A stretch of DNA of 64,000 nucleotides from Guillardia theta CCMP2712. Lineage: Eukaryota > Protista > Cryptophyta. Position 1 is the stretch's first letter; the number at the start of each line of letters is the position of its first letter. A program made the position numbers and the translations under genes. Below the pieces are notes generated by a model. It ran no database searches. It saw only the letters and a program-made list of their open reading frames with translations, and was not told the origin of the DNA. Where the stretch lies: assembly GCF_000315625.1 (NCBI RefSeq), contig NW_005434633.1, positions 23,677 to 87,676 on the forward strand, written 5' to 3'. This document shows positions 1 to 13,220 of this stretch, piece by piece.

Positions 1-644
1 AGACGGGGAAGGAATGTTGTCATGAGGTTTCGAAGTATCTTCGTCCGATCATGTACAGGGACGGAGAGTTTGTTTTCCATACGGGCGATCAGGGAACTAC
101 CATGTACTTTGTAAACTCAGGCGCGGTGTCTGTACAAATACGCGGGCACGAAGTTGCACGATTGCTGCCTGGGAGCTACTTCGGCGAACTTGGCCTGATG
201 CTTCAAGACGGAAGGAAGGCTGATGCTGTTTGTGATGGAGACTCAGAGCTTCTGGAGCTTGATCGGCCGGATTTCTACCACGTTCTGGAGAAACATCCGA
301 TCCTGGCAGGGAAGATGTACGATAACATGAGCGCTGAAGTCAAAGCTCACATCAAGAGAGCAGCAGAAGAGACTGCAGTGAGACATCACCAACATCTCGA
401 TCATGCAGGAGAAGTTTGACCTCGTGGTCTCCAGGCTCACCAGATGTCCAACGCTCTCAGCAACGTGTCCAAGGGAATCGCAGACGGGGAGCCCCCAGAT
501 GAGGCTGACGATGCGGAGCTTCTCGAAGCCAACGAGCGGTCAGAAGGGTTGCTCCATCAATGTGTGCTGGCTGACAAAACTCTCAAGGGCGTTCAAGGCG
601 AAGAAACCCCAAAAGAGTTGGCTCACGAGATCATTGAGCTCTAG
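1..644 (+). CDS. 3' part of a cyclic-nucleotide-binding domain protein (possibly an ion channel C-terminus); exons <1-377 and probably 444-644
   Basis: cNMP-binding motifs YRDGEFVFHTGDQGTTMYFVNSGAV and GSYFGELGL..RKADAVC. Putative GTGAG..CAG intron at 378-443. Confidence 0.75.
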
Positions 645-720
645 CAGCCCCAAAGGGTATGAGAGGGATAGTTGAGGAGCAGCTTCGTCTGATGTGCTGA
701 GCAGGAGCTTTCATAATGGC

Positions 721-1572
721 ATGCAGCTTGCAATGACGTTCATGCAAGTGAGTGCTTGTCTCGTCTCGCAGTCTCTCTCCATCCTCACGGGATCTTGTGC
801 AGGCGACAGTGAAGAGTGGTGTCCTGAACGACCGCAAGCAGAATGGTCCAGTGAATGTCGACAAAGAGAACGCTAAGTGCGGACCATGGCAACTCATGGG
901 GGACTGAGAGCTCTGACAAACGTGACAGGCCAGGACTGATGGTGTCTTTGAACGTCGAGTCTTATCTTCAGTCAGGAAATATCAGGTGGATCGGACGGAC
1001 TGTTAAGACGGCATGCTGATAGAGAGAGGGACGCAGATTTCCGGGAGACGACGGTCCTGGGGCCCTTTTGGAAGATCACTTCGGGGACAAGTGAGCAGGA
1101 GAGGAAGTTCAAACTTGACGTTCTGACGGGCCGCCAGGACGATGTGGAGGGTGCGCTGGCTGCACACCAACTGCTGGGGAATCTACAAGACGGTACCTCC
1201 CTCCCCGCTACCTCCTCTCCGAATGCTCATGCAAGCCGCAGGGTCATGGAGGAGAGTTCCACCTCTGGGTCGGCACCGATCAGGTCAAGGAGCCGTTCGA
1301 CTCCGAATGCTTCTTCAGGTCCGTCCTTCCTCCTCCTCTTCCTCCTTCTTCCTTCTCGCCCTCTCCGTCCGCTCACTTGTCCCCATAGCAAGGGGAGGCT
1401 CCCCTCGTTCTTCTTCTGCACCCCCGCCGTCGAGTCGGCGAACGAACGGAAGGCAAGGATCCGACGATGCTCACCCTTTCTCACGTTGTGCTCAGGTGAT
1501 CTATGACACCTCTTCTCCTCGTAGCAGAATCTTCCTCCCCGACCCAGCCAGCCCCATGGTCCCGGGCCAGTG
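721..1572 (+). CDS. Small multi-exon hypothetical gene, or further exons of the upstream gene
   Basis: Series of ~50-nt GT..AG introns with open exons (ATVKSGVLNDRKQNGPVNVDKENAK, FPGDDGPGALLEDHFGD). No recognisable domain; limits approximate. Confidence 0.3.
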
Positions 1573-2029
1573 AAAACTGTGGTAGTGCTTTCTCCGACGT
1601 GTACATTATCTGATATTTGAACGAATGAACTTGAATAAAATCTGCTATGATACTGCAAACTCTCCGTCGTCGCTTTCCTTTCTGCGAGGAAGAATTATCT
1701 TGATAGATCACAAACAACCTGACAAACATCAAACTCAAATTACTTGTCTCAACCTGCATTCTGTTCAGCTAGCAGTAATGTAATTATCTTCACTACTGAG
1801 ACCATCTCAAAACCTGTAGTCAATATTTCGGAAGGCAATGGCCCTGTGGAGCGGCGGGGCAGGGGGCAGGGGAGGAGGAGGAGCGAAGGAGAAGGGGAGG
1901 GGGACGAGCTTGATGGCTGAAGGGATCAAGCATGTGTACAGGTGATTTTGTGTCTGAACGTGGCGAGTCAGCAGTCTGAAGCAAGCCTTGCTACAGAATA
2001 GACAAGCTGATGGTTGGGACTTTGAACTA

Positions 2030-3900
2030 TCAGGCTGCGAGTTTCCCTTCCCATCAAGACGGTAGGTTGCGTCCTTCTGTGTCATGACAACCAACCTTGC
2101 CTCATTCATCAGGACCAGCCAAGAAAGCAAGATTTTCTTCTCCTCATGGCGTCGCATCGCGCCCTCGGGGGACTGGCTTGATTGTAGTTCATGTTCATAG
2201 CGAGAATGCACAAGTTGATCGCAGATATTTGCAGGTGACTGATCCAGGAAACAACGCTGTTCGTCTTGTGGACTTCAACACTGGAGAGATTTCCTCCCTG
2301 AAGCAAGGCCTTTGGCGAAACCCAACAGGGATATGCGCCGTGTCGGATGGTGTGCAGGGTGCTGGTGATCTGATGCCGATTCAAACTGAGCGCAGGATAC
2401 GTCATCTGCGATACTGGCCATCACCGCCTCGTGCATCTGTCACTTTGCGGGCAGAATGCGACAGTGTTAGCTGGGAGCGGAAGATCTGGTCACATGGATG
2501 GGGCTTCAGGGGTGGTACATGCCCAGCTGTGTGTGCTGTTCAGACTGAGACGACATGGCTTGATAGGCGATGTTCTGTAGCCCTCAGGGTGTGACCTGTC
2601 TTCGAGACGGGTCAGTGATCGTTGCAGACACGGCAAGACATGCTTCCTTGGGCTGGCTGGCTGCTGATGCTGTGCAGGGGAACCATGTTCTTCGGCACGT
2701 TGAGAGGATGAAAGTAGTGACGATCGCTGGATCTGTTGGAGTGCCGGGGTGTGCGGACGGTCTTGCACATGAAGCAGAGTTTACGGTGAGGAGGGGAGGA
2801 AAGAGACGATGGGGAGATGAATGAAGGGATGAGGAGATGGAGAGATGAGGAGTGTGGGACGTAGAAGATGATTGTAAAACAGGAGCCAAGAGCTGTCTTG
2901 GCAACCAAGGACGGGAACATCTTGATTGGAGATAGCAACAACGGGATCAGGATACTATCTGCTGACTTGAAGTTTGTTCGAACGCTTGTGAGGGGAGTCA
3001 AGAGGTGTTCTATTTCTGTTTGTGTCAGATCCTGTGTGGTTGACTGGAGAACACAGAGGAAAGAAAGACGGAGCCACAGACAAATCGTTGATGTCAAGTT
3101 GTCTTGGGATGTGCGAGGCCAATGATGGATCGATCGTGGTGTCAGATGCGGGGAACCATTGCTTGAGGAGAGTAGAGCAATGATGGTTGCTACAACAAAG
3201 ACGATAATGCAGATGATGATGATGATGATGATGATAATGAAGTTGATGACGATGACTATGCTGATGGAGATGATGGAGATGATGATGTTGATGATTGTGG
3301 TGGTGATGGTGATTAGGATGATGCTGCAATGACAATTTATACAGGGTGGTCGATTCTGATCTGATGACAATGTCGACGTTAGCGGGGGATTGCGACAATG
3401 CCCACAAGGATGGCCTCGCGAATAAGAGTTCCTTCCATGTGATTGTGGTGGTCCTGTGGCTTCTGTGACGGTCATCAAGGAACCCTACGGTGTTACCTGC
3501 CTTAAAGATGGAACCATCTTCGTCGCTGATCGATGCAACCACGCGATCAGGTAACGTTCCTGATGTTTGCATGCTTGTCCTCACGCTTGAACTTGGTTCC
3601 TGCCCCTCCCTGCTAGCACGTTCCCTTCACTTCTTCACCTCCTCCTCCTCCTCCTCCTCCTCCCGCTGTACGCTGCTCGTCCTCTTCCTCCCACCTAACT
3701 CCTACTTCGTACCTCGTGACCCTACCTCCTTCTCTCCCCTTCCTCCTTCTGTGCTTTGACATCACTTGCAGAGTCCTTCAGTATGCCAACGGGCATGAGT
3801 TGTTGATCTCAAACTCCTTGAAGATTCCGCTCAGTAGGTCGATCCCAAGTGACCCACTCAAGCCGAACTCTCCTGGTACACCATGAGGAGTGGGGGACTT
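2030..3900 (+). CDS. NHL-repeat (beta-propeller) protein, multi-exon
   Basis: NHL blades in successive exons: VTDPGNNAVRLVD, NPTGICA, SPQGVTCLRDGSVIVADT/GNHVLR, VVTIAGSVGVPGCADG, EPRAVLATKDGNILIGDS, EPYGVTCLKDGTIFVADRCNHAIR. Limits approximate. Confidence 0.8.
3200..3330. repeat. Degenerate (GAT)n microsatellite in an intron
   Basis: gatgatgatgatgatgatgataatga... seen directly. Confidence 0.85.
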
Positions 3901-4329
3901 GACAAGGGTAGAAAGCAACGAGACCTGACAATATGCTTTCCCTCAAGGAGAGTTCAATGGCTCCCACATCAACGTGCGAGTCTTGGATGCCTTCTTGAGC
4001 GAAGACAGCTCTTCCGACACCGACACTGCGCGGCCGGTGAAGGTAACTTGATCCGATGTAGTTCATGTTCTCGTTCATGACTTGTTACAGAAAACATCTG
4101 CTGTGGATCGCTCGCATGTAAAGGTTATGCCGGGTTGTTGCTTTCAACGTCGTCAACGTCTGAGACAGGATGATCAATCCCGAGAGCTGTCAAGATCATA
4201 CCGCAGCAATCCTGCTTCTCCTCCTTCTCCTCCTCCTCCTCGTCCTCCTCGACCCCCTTCATCTCCCCTTTCTCCTCCTCCTCGTCCTCCTCAACCCTCT
4301 CAGGTCTCTGTCTCTTTGAATCGCTGTAC

Positions 4330-7300
4330 AGGTAGTGACATTTTTGCAGAGTGTGGAGCATGACGACAGTGACGGCCATGATGCTGAGCATCTGACGGTA
4401 ATGGCACATGAAGTGGAGTGATCCTGCCTTGACTGATTTGCAGATGTTCATTGCAAGGAAAGACAAGCTAAGATCTTCGAGAAGAGATGGATTGACAGTG
4501 AAGAAGAGAACTGTGAGATGGGAGAGTTCCGATGAATCGAACGATGAGATGGTGTGGGCGGGACATGACAAGGAGAACAAGAACGTGCATGCAGTGAGCG
4601 GGAGAGCAAGCAACGACGAGCATTTGAAGACTCTGAAAGCGAGAAATGATGGGGCTCGAGGCGACATCTTGGACCTTCTAGGTGATTTCTTTGTGTTGAG
4701 AATGTGATGCTTGACACATCACATGCGATGAGGATGGAGTCGATGGTGACGATGATGATTGTTGTGATGTCAGTGATAATGATCGTGGTGTGATCACATC
4801 ATTTTGTCAAAGAGCTTGCAAGATGTGATCAGCATGCAGACGGAGTCGTGGAGGCGAAGGACGGAGGCTTCATGTTTCTTGCTCGAGATCGCCTGGAGGT
4901 GGCGCGAGCGTCGCTGCAGCTCGAGCTCAGCAAGAGGACGGGAGAGATAGAGAGGGGGGCAGGGAATAGGAGTGGAGAGATGTTCGAGGGAGCACCAGCA
5001 CCTGCTGAGAGGAGGAAACAGGAGAAGGACGTGGAAGAGATCGTGAGGAGATTTGACAAGCTTGAACGCGACTTGTCCGGCAAGGGACTCCTGGAGATGG
5101 ACGAGGACGAGGACGAGGGTGAAGATGCATATCAAGATGTGAAGAGCAGCAAACAGCAGAAAAAGGGCCCGAAGGCAGGAGAAGTGAATGACGTGATTGG
5201 AAGCGATGTTACCAATGACAAAGATGAGGAAAATCGCGTCAAGACAACTAGATCGAGTTCTCGTCGAGTTGAAAATGAGAGCGGGCGGACTGAGAACGCC
5301 AGTGACAGCAGCAGCAGGCATAGAGGGGAGACGGCAGGGAATGAAAGACAACAAACCTTGCCCACACCACAGAGGCTGCAGGCAAACTCATCAACAGTGT
5401 TTGAAGATTGTGTCGAGGTCATCTTTGATAGCACTTGTTCACTTTCATGGTAACAGACCTGCTGCTTTCAGATCTCGAGAAAGGTGCTTCAGAACAATAT
5501 CGAGGCCTGGTCGACTCCCAAGAGAGTCCAGATTATCATCAGGAGGGACAAATCCATGTGAATCCACTGTTCTCCAGACCTGCATCTTACTGACATGCTT
5601 GTGACCAGGTCAAACGTGACGTATTTCTTCTCCATCCTGGTAAGGCAGAGTCTCGCAGCTTTTGATCTCCTCCTCAAAATCATGAAGGACCACAAGACCA
5701 GAAATCCGCTTGAACGAGCAGATGGCAAGAGATTGGGTCTTGCTGCTCTCGTTGCGTTTGCCGGCTCTATTGACGCTGTTGTAGACGGAGGAACGAGATG
5801 CTGCAGAAATTCAGATTTGAACGTGATGGAAGTATCATGGAGAGATCACTGCGATGATGAACTCCTCACCTTCAAACTTGTCTTTGCAAACCCTGCTCGG
5901 TCAGGAGCTTTCCTCAGGTCTGTACAACACTGACGTTGGTGATCTTGTCTCATCGCGTGAATACTCCATCTCCTCTGAAATCCAACTGAGTCTGACAAAA
6001 CATCTACGATCACCCTGAAGTTTGCAACCTCATTGTATTTCTCTCCGTTTTGTCTCCTCTATTCATCACCACTACTTGTCATGATCTGTTCTGTGTTTTC
6101 TGCATTCTGCTCGGCATTTTCTATTTCAGTCTCTTTTTGGCTCACTTTCACACTTCTCAGCACGATTGAGTTTACTTCAATTGACTTCCTCTCTCTTCCT
6201 TCTTCTTTTCTGTTGCTCTGCTCTCCTCCTCTGATCTCCTTGTTCCCCTCTGTACAGAGCATGCTCTATGGCCGGAGTCAATCTTTCTTCAGAGGGTGAG
6301 CTTTTCTTCAAAATCTGGCAAATGGCATCATGAAAATGTCAGGTACATGTGTACAACATCAACAGCAACATGCCATCTCAAGTCATGATCAACAACATCA
6401 ACATGTCTTCCCAGAGCATCATCGAGGTCGAACACTCTGTCCGAATGTTGATCTGACATGCTGTGAAGCAGAGAAGGAGATGGAGAGCATGGAAATGGAT
6501 CGCCTGTCCTTCTCTGATCTCAGGCAGACGCCAATGAAAGGTAGGGGGAGCGTGTAGGAGGCAGCAGATGCTGAACATTTGAAGGAGGAACGGACGTGTC
6601 AACAAGAGTAGAAGACTCTCCGTTTATCCCAAGGACGCCAACCAACACCAGATTCTTGGAGGAGAAGGAGGAGGAGGAGGAGGAGGAGGAGAAGAAAATC
6701 CCTGTCCAGAGAGTGACGGCAGAAGAGGCTGGATCGGGGGAACCCAGCATTGCGACGAGGTTGACGGCTTGATATTCACCTCCTCAATTCTCTCTGTTTG
6801 AAATTTGAATTCAGGCCCATGAGAGATGGAGACGGAGATGAAATCGTGAACCGATTGTTTGTCGACCAGCCCAGGACTTCTCCTGCGCCTGCCCCGTACG
6901 AGCTTCAAGTGCTCGCATCTGACTTGCCCGTTGACAAGCTCGACAGGCCTGAACCTGCTCCAGACGTCAAGGGAGGAAGGTACTGTGACTCTTGGAAAAC
7001 CTCCTCGTCCTCGTGCTTGATCATCTCCTTGTTGACACCCTCCTCCTCCTCCTCCTCCTCCTCCTCCTCCTCCTCCTCCTCCTCCTCCTCCTCCTCCTCC
7101 TCCTCCTCCTCCTCCTCCTCATCCTCCTCATCCTCCACCTCATCCTTGGCCTCCTCGTCCTCCTTCTCGTTTATCCTCGTCCTCGTCCTCCTCATTCTGC
7201 TCCGTCTCCTCTTCCTTGTCACTTCTGTCCTCGTCCTCGCCCGTTCGTCTGTCATGTGGAACTGTCGTTGAACCTACTGACAACAGGAGGGCCTTACTTG

Positions 7301-10300
7301 CCGATCCAGACTTCCTGCTTGACGGTGTGCAAAAATTAGAGAAGAGGAAGCAGTGGGAGAGGGAGAGGAACTGGAACAGGACAAGAACAGGCAGAGGCAG
7401 AGTCAGAGTCAGAGACAGAGTCAGAGGCAGAGACAGAGACAGAGACAGAGACAGAGACAGAGGATGCGAAGAAGGAGGAAGCAAGCAAGCAAGGAGTTTG
7501 AAATTTTGCTCCAAGATTCAATCGACGGGGGCGATGCGCAGGAGGAGAGAGCAAGAGAGAAGCAACGCACATCAGGTTCAATTTCCTCTCGGATGTATGA
7601 GACCATCGTTCTCCTCTCCTCCCCTCCTCCTTCTCCGCTTCCCCTCCACCATCTCCTGCCCCTCACTTGCCACCTCCTGTAGTCGTTTCTTTCCCTCCTC
7701 CCTTGGTGTTTCCTTCTCGTCCTCAACGAAATTACAGGTGTGGAGCAAGATCAAGATGTGAAGGTAACATCGTTGATATGACATCTTCGATCAAATCTCT
7801 TCCTTCCCCCTCACACTTAGTCCTCCTCACTCTGTCTTCAGGACATTGTGGTTGCGCTCGAGAAGAGTGTAGAATGGCACTTGTCACTCAAGCAGACCGG
7901 GACCAGCCTTCCTGGGTATCCCTTTCCTCTCTCCCTCCCTCCCTCCTNNNNNNNNNNNNNNNNNNNNNNNNNNNNNNNNNNNNNNNNNNNNNNNNNNNNN
8001 NNNNNNNNNNNNNNNNNNNNNNNNNNNNNNNNNNNNNNNNNNNNNNNNNNNNNNNNNNNNNNNNNNNNNNNNNNNNNNNNNNNNNNNNNNNNNNNNNNNN
8101 NNNNNNNNNNNNNNNNNNNNNNNNNNNNNNNNNNNNNNNNNNNNNNNNNNNNNNNNNNNNNNNNNNNNNNNNNNNNNNNNNNNNNNNNNNNNNNNNNNNN
8201 NNNNNNNNNNNNNNNNNNNNNNNNNNNNNNNNNNNNNNNNNNNNNNNNNNNNNNNNNNNNNNNNNNNNTACTTGGGACAACCTCGCATGCTAGAGATGAC
8301 GGCCGGGCCGAAGGAGCGGGTGGGGTTGATAGGACACCATCTGGAGGAGCAGAATCAGATGCGTCACTGTCACGCAGATGAGACTCGCACCGATGGGCAG
8401 CAACACGACGTGCGCCAGGAAGACGGCAAAACCGATAGGAATGCAGGCTGCCTGCCCGCAGCGAGAGTCACGGCAGTTTCCCAGACCACATAGCAGAGCA
8501 AGAAGGTCATGGCGACCTCCCCAGAAAAGGCTGCGCCGTAACCGAAAGCAGGGTTTACAACGTTGGTTCCCAGACTGTTGGTCATATCCATTTCGCAAGG
8601 AAAAATCTAGGTCAGTACCTCCGTCCCCCCCTCCCTCTTCATATTCCTCCTCCCCCCTCCGTCTTTCCCTCACTTTCGTCTTCCATCCACTCCTCCCTCA
8701 ACATTTCTCCTTCTTTACCGACTCGTATGTCAGGTATGAAAACTTCCTGCACGAGATGCTTGCTTCCTGCCGCTTGCACCTTTCCAAGGAGGAGGCAGCC
8801 AGGCGAGCAAGGACGGGAACAGCACAGTCTGAGGAGGAGCAGGAGGAGGAGGAGGAGAAGCTGCAAAGTCGGTTGAATCATATCGACAGTCTGCTATCCC
8901 GATCTTCAGAGTCATCAAGAGATTTGCCAGCACATCTTGGACGGATAGTTCCTTCTGATCGACGTATCAATTCAGATTCCACAAATGTTACATCAGATTC
9001 TCATTCTGCTGTGTTTCAAGATGCCGATGTTGTTTCTCAACACGTTGCTGCTGCTCCCTCCCAAGAAATTTCTCAGCAGACGCATGCGCCAGCTGCTGAT
9101 GAACAAGATGAATCGCAGTTGAGTGATCAGGCAGAGCTTGTTCGCAGTGAAATTCCGATCCCTTCTTCTCAACCCTCCTTCCCTCCTGCGCTAGAGCATC
9201 CACCCGTGCAAACAGCTTCAAGACCGGACATAACTCTGGTCAGCTATCGACACGACGACGACAAGAAATCCAGTCGCTCTCCCCAGGACAAGGGCAAGGA
9301 CAAAGGAGAATTGAATCATCGTAAGTGAAGAGATCCTTTGCCTCTTTGCATCAGCCCCATTCATCGTTTCTCGCAGGAACATCGGCAGACACTCTCGTTC
9401 CCCGACATCTCTCAACACTCGTCCAAGGGAGTGAGCCCGGGGACGGAGCTCCCGGTGCCTCATGTCAAAACATCCCCTGCCTCCTTTCCTTGACATCTCC
9501 TCTTCGCCCGACAGGTTCCGAGCCCCACCGTCTCCAACAAGACAAGGCGATCACGGATGTCTTTGACTGCAGATCTGACCTTTGCCGGGACGTGGCGTCA
9601 TTGCGCCAATACTACTTCATGCTCACTTCTCTGCTCGCCCCTTCCTATATGCTCTACGAGCTTCAGGTCTACTTTCTCCTCCCCTTGTTCTTGTGCGCTT
9701 CTCACTAGCCAGTTACCCGCCAAAAATCTCCTCCTCCCCCTCCTCCTCCTTACCTTCCCGCTAGGTCTGCCTCTCGGATGGCCGACCTTGCTTCAGAAAT
9801 TCGGCCGGGCATTTCATCGCCCTACGAGGAGCATTTGTGTGGGTCAAGCTACTCCTTTGGGGCTTTTTGTTCCAGGCAAGCACGAACCACAAGGATGAGG
9901 ATGAGGAAAGAGATGAGAGGAGGGAGGAGAGGGAGAAGGAAGAATAAGTAGGAGCAAACGGAGCTGGAGGGGGAGTAGTAATAGGTGATGGCGGAATAAG
10001 AAGAAGCGAAGGAGGAGGAGGAAGCGGATTAGTAGTAGTGATGGGTGGAGGAGGAGGAGGAGGAGGAGGAGGAGTTCTGATTGTTACCCCGTAGGAGGTG
10101 TGGGTGAGGAGGGACAGATCACAGCTTCCGCTGAAGGTTCGATACGACGGAGACAAAGATGCATACTACGTCATGTTCAAAGTGAAACTACAGCGAGAGA
10201 AGGAGGAGGAGGAGGAGGAGGAGGAGGAGCGTGATAAGAATGCGCATGACCGCCTGCGGAGTTGGAGGGAGGAGGTGGATGTGGCGGCTCAGGTGAAGTC

Positions 10301-10565
10301 TCAAGACAACGATCGCTCTTCGATCATTCGGGTGAGATCTTCCTTCCTCCTCCCTCCTTACCTGACAAGTGCCAAGCTCGAGCAGAAAGTCCAGCTGCAC
10401 TTTGAGCTGGCAAGCTCAGCTGACGGCATGGAGAAGGAAGTTCGTTTCCTGAAGCAGGAGAGGAAGAAGGAGCTTGAGAGCATGCCGCCCCTGCTGATCC
10501 CCCTTGCCATGCTCAGCTGTCGCTGGCTCAGCCGCGCCGTCCTCGATCAGAGGAGCGACTCTTGA
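4330..10565 (+). CDS. Multi-exon hypothetical gene(s), acidic/low complexity; may continue the NHL gene; interrupted by the assembly gap
   Basis: Plus-strand open exons bounded by GT/AG (e.g. 4848-5380, 6830-6980, 8735-9320, 10098-10565). No domain recognised; number of genes uncertain. Confidence 0.4.
7041..7140. repeat. (TCC)n microsatellite
   Basis: Long perfect TCC run inside an intron. Confidence 0.95.
7390..7462. repeat. (AGAGAC/AGAGTC/AGAGGC)n hexamer repeat
   Basis: Seen directly. Confidence 0.85.
7948..8268. other. Assembly gap (N run)
   Basis: Run of N. Confidence 1.
8270..8575 (-). pseudogene. Aquaporin (MIP family) fragment with frameshifts
   Basis: Minus strand reads LGTNVVNPAFGYGAAFSGEVAMTFLLCYVVWETAV / ACIPIGFAVFLAHVVLLPI / intron / INPTRSFGPAVI, i.e. 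TM4, TM5 and the second NPA box (here NPT). Two single-base frameshifts. Confidence 0.75.
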
Positions 10566-10610
10566 TCTGAGCATGGGCGCTCCTGCTCCCGACAACGAGG
10601 CCGCAGCCAC

Positions 10611-12472
10611 TCATGCAGAGAGGAAGTTGAGAGGGACGGCAGAAACAGCACCGAGGGTGAGGCCCAGCGTCTGAAGGAGAAGAAACGAAGTCACGGGGTC
10701 ACGAGGTCAGTCACGAGGTCCGTCACCATGCACAGCGCCAGCAGCGTTGAAGCCGTATCCCGCTGAGGACCTAATGGTGGATGAGGACGGAGAGCAGGCA
10801 GGAGGAGGGAGAGGGAGAGGAAGGAATAAGCGGCAATAGGAAGGGAGAGCGGGAAGGAGGGGACTCGGAAGATAAAAGGATGCAGAGGAAAGGGTACGAC
10901 AGGCATGGCAGGGAGAGGCCCGGGGAAAGAATCATGTTCACCTGTTGACACTCGCTCCTGCCCCTTGATCAAGAAGATGGTTGCCGCGAATCCATTCGAT
11001 ACTGCCTGCGAGGAAGCAGAATCAGAGGGACAAGAGGAGAAGAGGAAGAACAGACCAGGAGGCAGACGGCAAGGAAAGCTGACTCGTTGTGGAAAGGAGC
11101 GAGGACCAGGGGACTTCGCTGGAGGAGGAGGAACAAAGGGATGAGGGCAACACGAAGGACAGCGAAGCTGAGAAGGAAACGCTCGGAGAGGAGATAGCAG
11201 AGGTGCCCTCCAGCCACTCGGCCCGCCAAGTCTCCCACGTTGTACATGGCGATAAGGAGGATGGGCATCCAGTTGCGATCGTCCTGACCTGCGCATGGGA
11301 TCTTGGTGGTGATGCCAGGAAAGAGGCTGATGGTGAGCCAAAAGACGAAGAGAACTCCGATGGCGGACGGGTGGACTTTGCGGAAGACATCAATGACGGA
11401 TGCGTCTTGAGAAGCAGGAGGAGGAGGAGGAGGAAGGCCTTCCTCAGGTACTAAGATCTCTCTCTCCTCGTCATCCAGAGCGTCCTCCCTCAGATTCTGC
11501 GCATGGGATCGACTCTGCCGCACCATCGGCATCCGCAGCAAGCTGAAGAACGACAGGGTGCACAGGAGAACAACAACGAGGGAGGAGATGAAGTAGATGA
11601 TGGAGCTGGTGCGCAGGGCGTCGAAAGGAGGCAGATCGTCGAACCAAACCTTGGACAGGATGCTGGGAAAGCAGATGCGAGTCAGAGCTAGAAATCATGG
11701 GGAATGAAAGGGGAGCAACGAAATGAATCGAGTGAGTGTAAGATGAGAGATTGAACGTGTAAGAAAACATGCCAACGAGCGCCTCTGTCCTGCCCTCCGT
11801 TCACTCATATCCGCTGCCACCCCAACATGTCTCAACTCTCTCCATGTTCCTCTCCACTCTCCCTCAGGCTCTCTTCTTTCTTTCTCTCTCTCACTTTTCT
11901 TTCCCCTTTCCCTCTTCCCCCCCTCTTTCACTCCACCTCCTTCATCCTCCTCTCAGCAGAGCTCACCGGCATGTAGAAGTCAACAATCCCGCAACTGCCT
12001 GCCCGTTCATGAAGGCCCCGGTGTACGTGCTACCTACCTGCCCGGAGAGGCTGAAGAACACTGTCTGCAGCCCTGCTCCTGCTCCTCCGGCCACGCCAAC
12101 CAAACCTACCAATAGAGCGAACTGCAAAGCCTGGTCCACAGACGCTTCCTGGAAGGGCTCAGTGTATCGCCATGCCTGATACATCGGGAAAGACAGAACG
12201 GCAAAGTACAAGAACAGGCAGATGTAAGCCTTCGCCTGGAAGCATCGGAACCACTTGAGCTGTAGCAGGAAGAAGAAAAGACTGGCAGAAAAATTCGCAA
12301 TGGCGAACGCATCCGCGACGTCATATTGAGAAAACAGAGTGCTGAAGAAATCGACGGCGGAGACGAGGGAGTTCCATGGCGTAAGTGCTCCGCATCCAAG
12401 GAGGAGGAAGTAGATGAAAGTAGCAAGACTGTTTTCAGCTTCCTGCCTCTCTAGAATCGAAACATCCACCAT
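10611..12472 (-). CDS. Equilibrative nucleoside transporter (ENT/SLC29), multi-exon
   Basis: FLLLGCGALTPWNSLVSAVDFF, YTGAFMNGQAVAG, VFWLTISLFPG, YNVGDLAGR, LRVALIPLF, NGFAATIF are ENT signatures. Confidence 0.92.
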
Positions 12473-13220
12473 CTCGTGAGCCGTCTGCTATTCTATTCTA
12501 AAAAGAGATCATGCACCATCTTTTCCGATACTACAACACCAGCTGCAATGACGGCGCTTCTCCTGCATAAGTCGAGAGTCAGCAACTACAAATTCTTCCA
12601 AATCCACATGCTCTTAAACAGGCATTCTAAACAATTATGCCAGAAGACTCATCCTTCGTCAACAGCAGATTCCAAGAACTCTCTGAACCTGCATCCTTCC
12701 TTCCAAACTTGTCGGGTTATGATCAGATTCTTATCCTCCACTCTTCCTCTTGGCTATCTGGATTTCGTAATATCCGCTCTCGTCCTCCTCCTCCTCCTCC
12801 TCCTCCTCCTCCTCCTCAACCTCAACCTCCGCAACAACAACCCCATGATTATACGGAGGCATGGGTATACCAACAAACCCGCCTCAACAGAAAACTAGGA
12901 AAAGGAAAAGGCAGACAAAACCTCTCCTGCAACCACGTTTACTCAAAGTTAAGTTAAAATTCAGTGAGAGGACAATCACGGGTGACTTCGCCCTTTACTC
13001 AAAGCTAAGTTAAAAAGAAGTACGGGTGACAGTTGATGAGAGTCCTGAATGAAAAAAAAAAACATCAATCCTACCAGAGAGATGCTGCCTTTCCTCTTTT
13101 CTACTCTCTGACTCTGAGGTCAGCGCGATCTTCTATCAGACACCCCCCCCCCCGATAGGTCCCGCCTTGTTTCACTTCGGCCCAACGACCGCGGCTTCTT
13201 CCGCTGCGCCGGCAGCGACT

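Noticed and set aside
6798-7761. Poly-S/E/L and RD-repeat ORFs (also 2612-3584, 41037-41225, 49458-50030)
   Set aside because: Translations of intronic or intergenic microsatellites.
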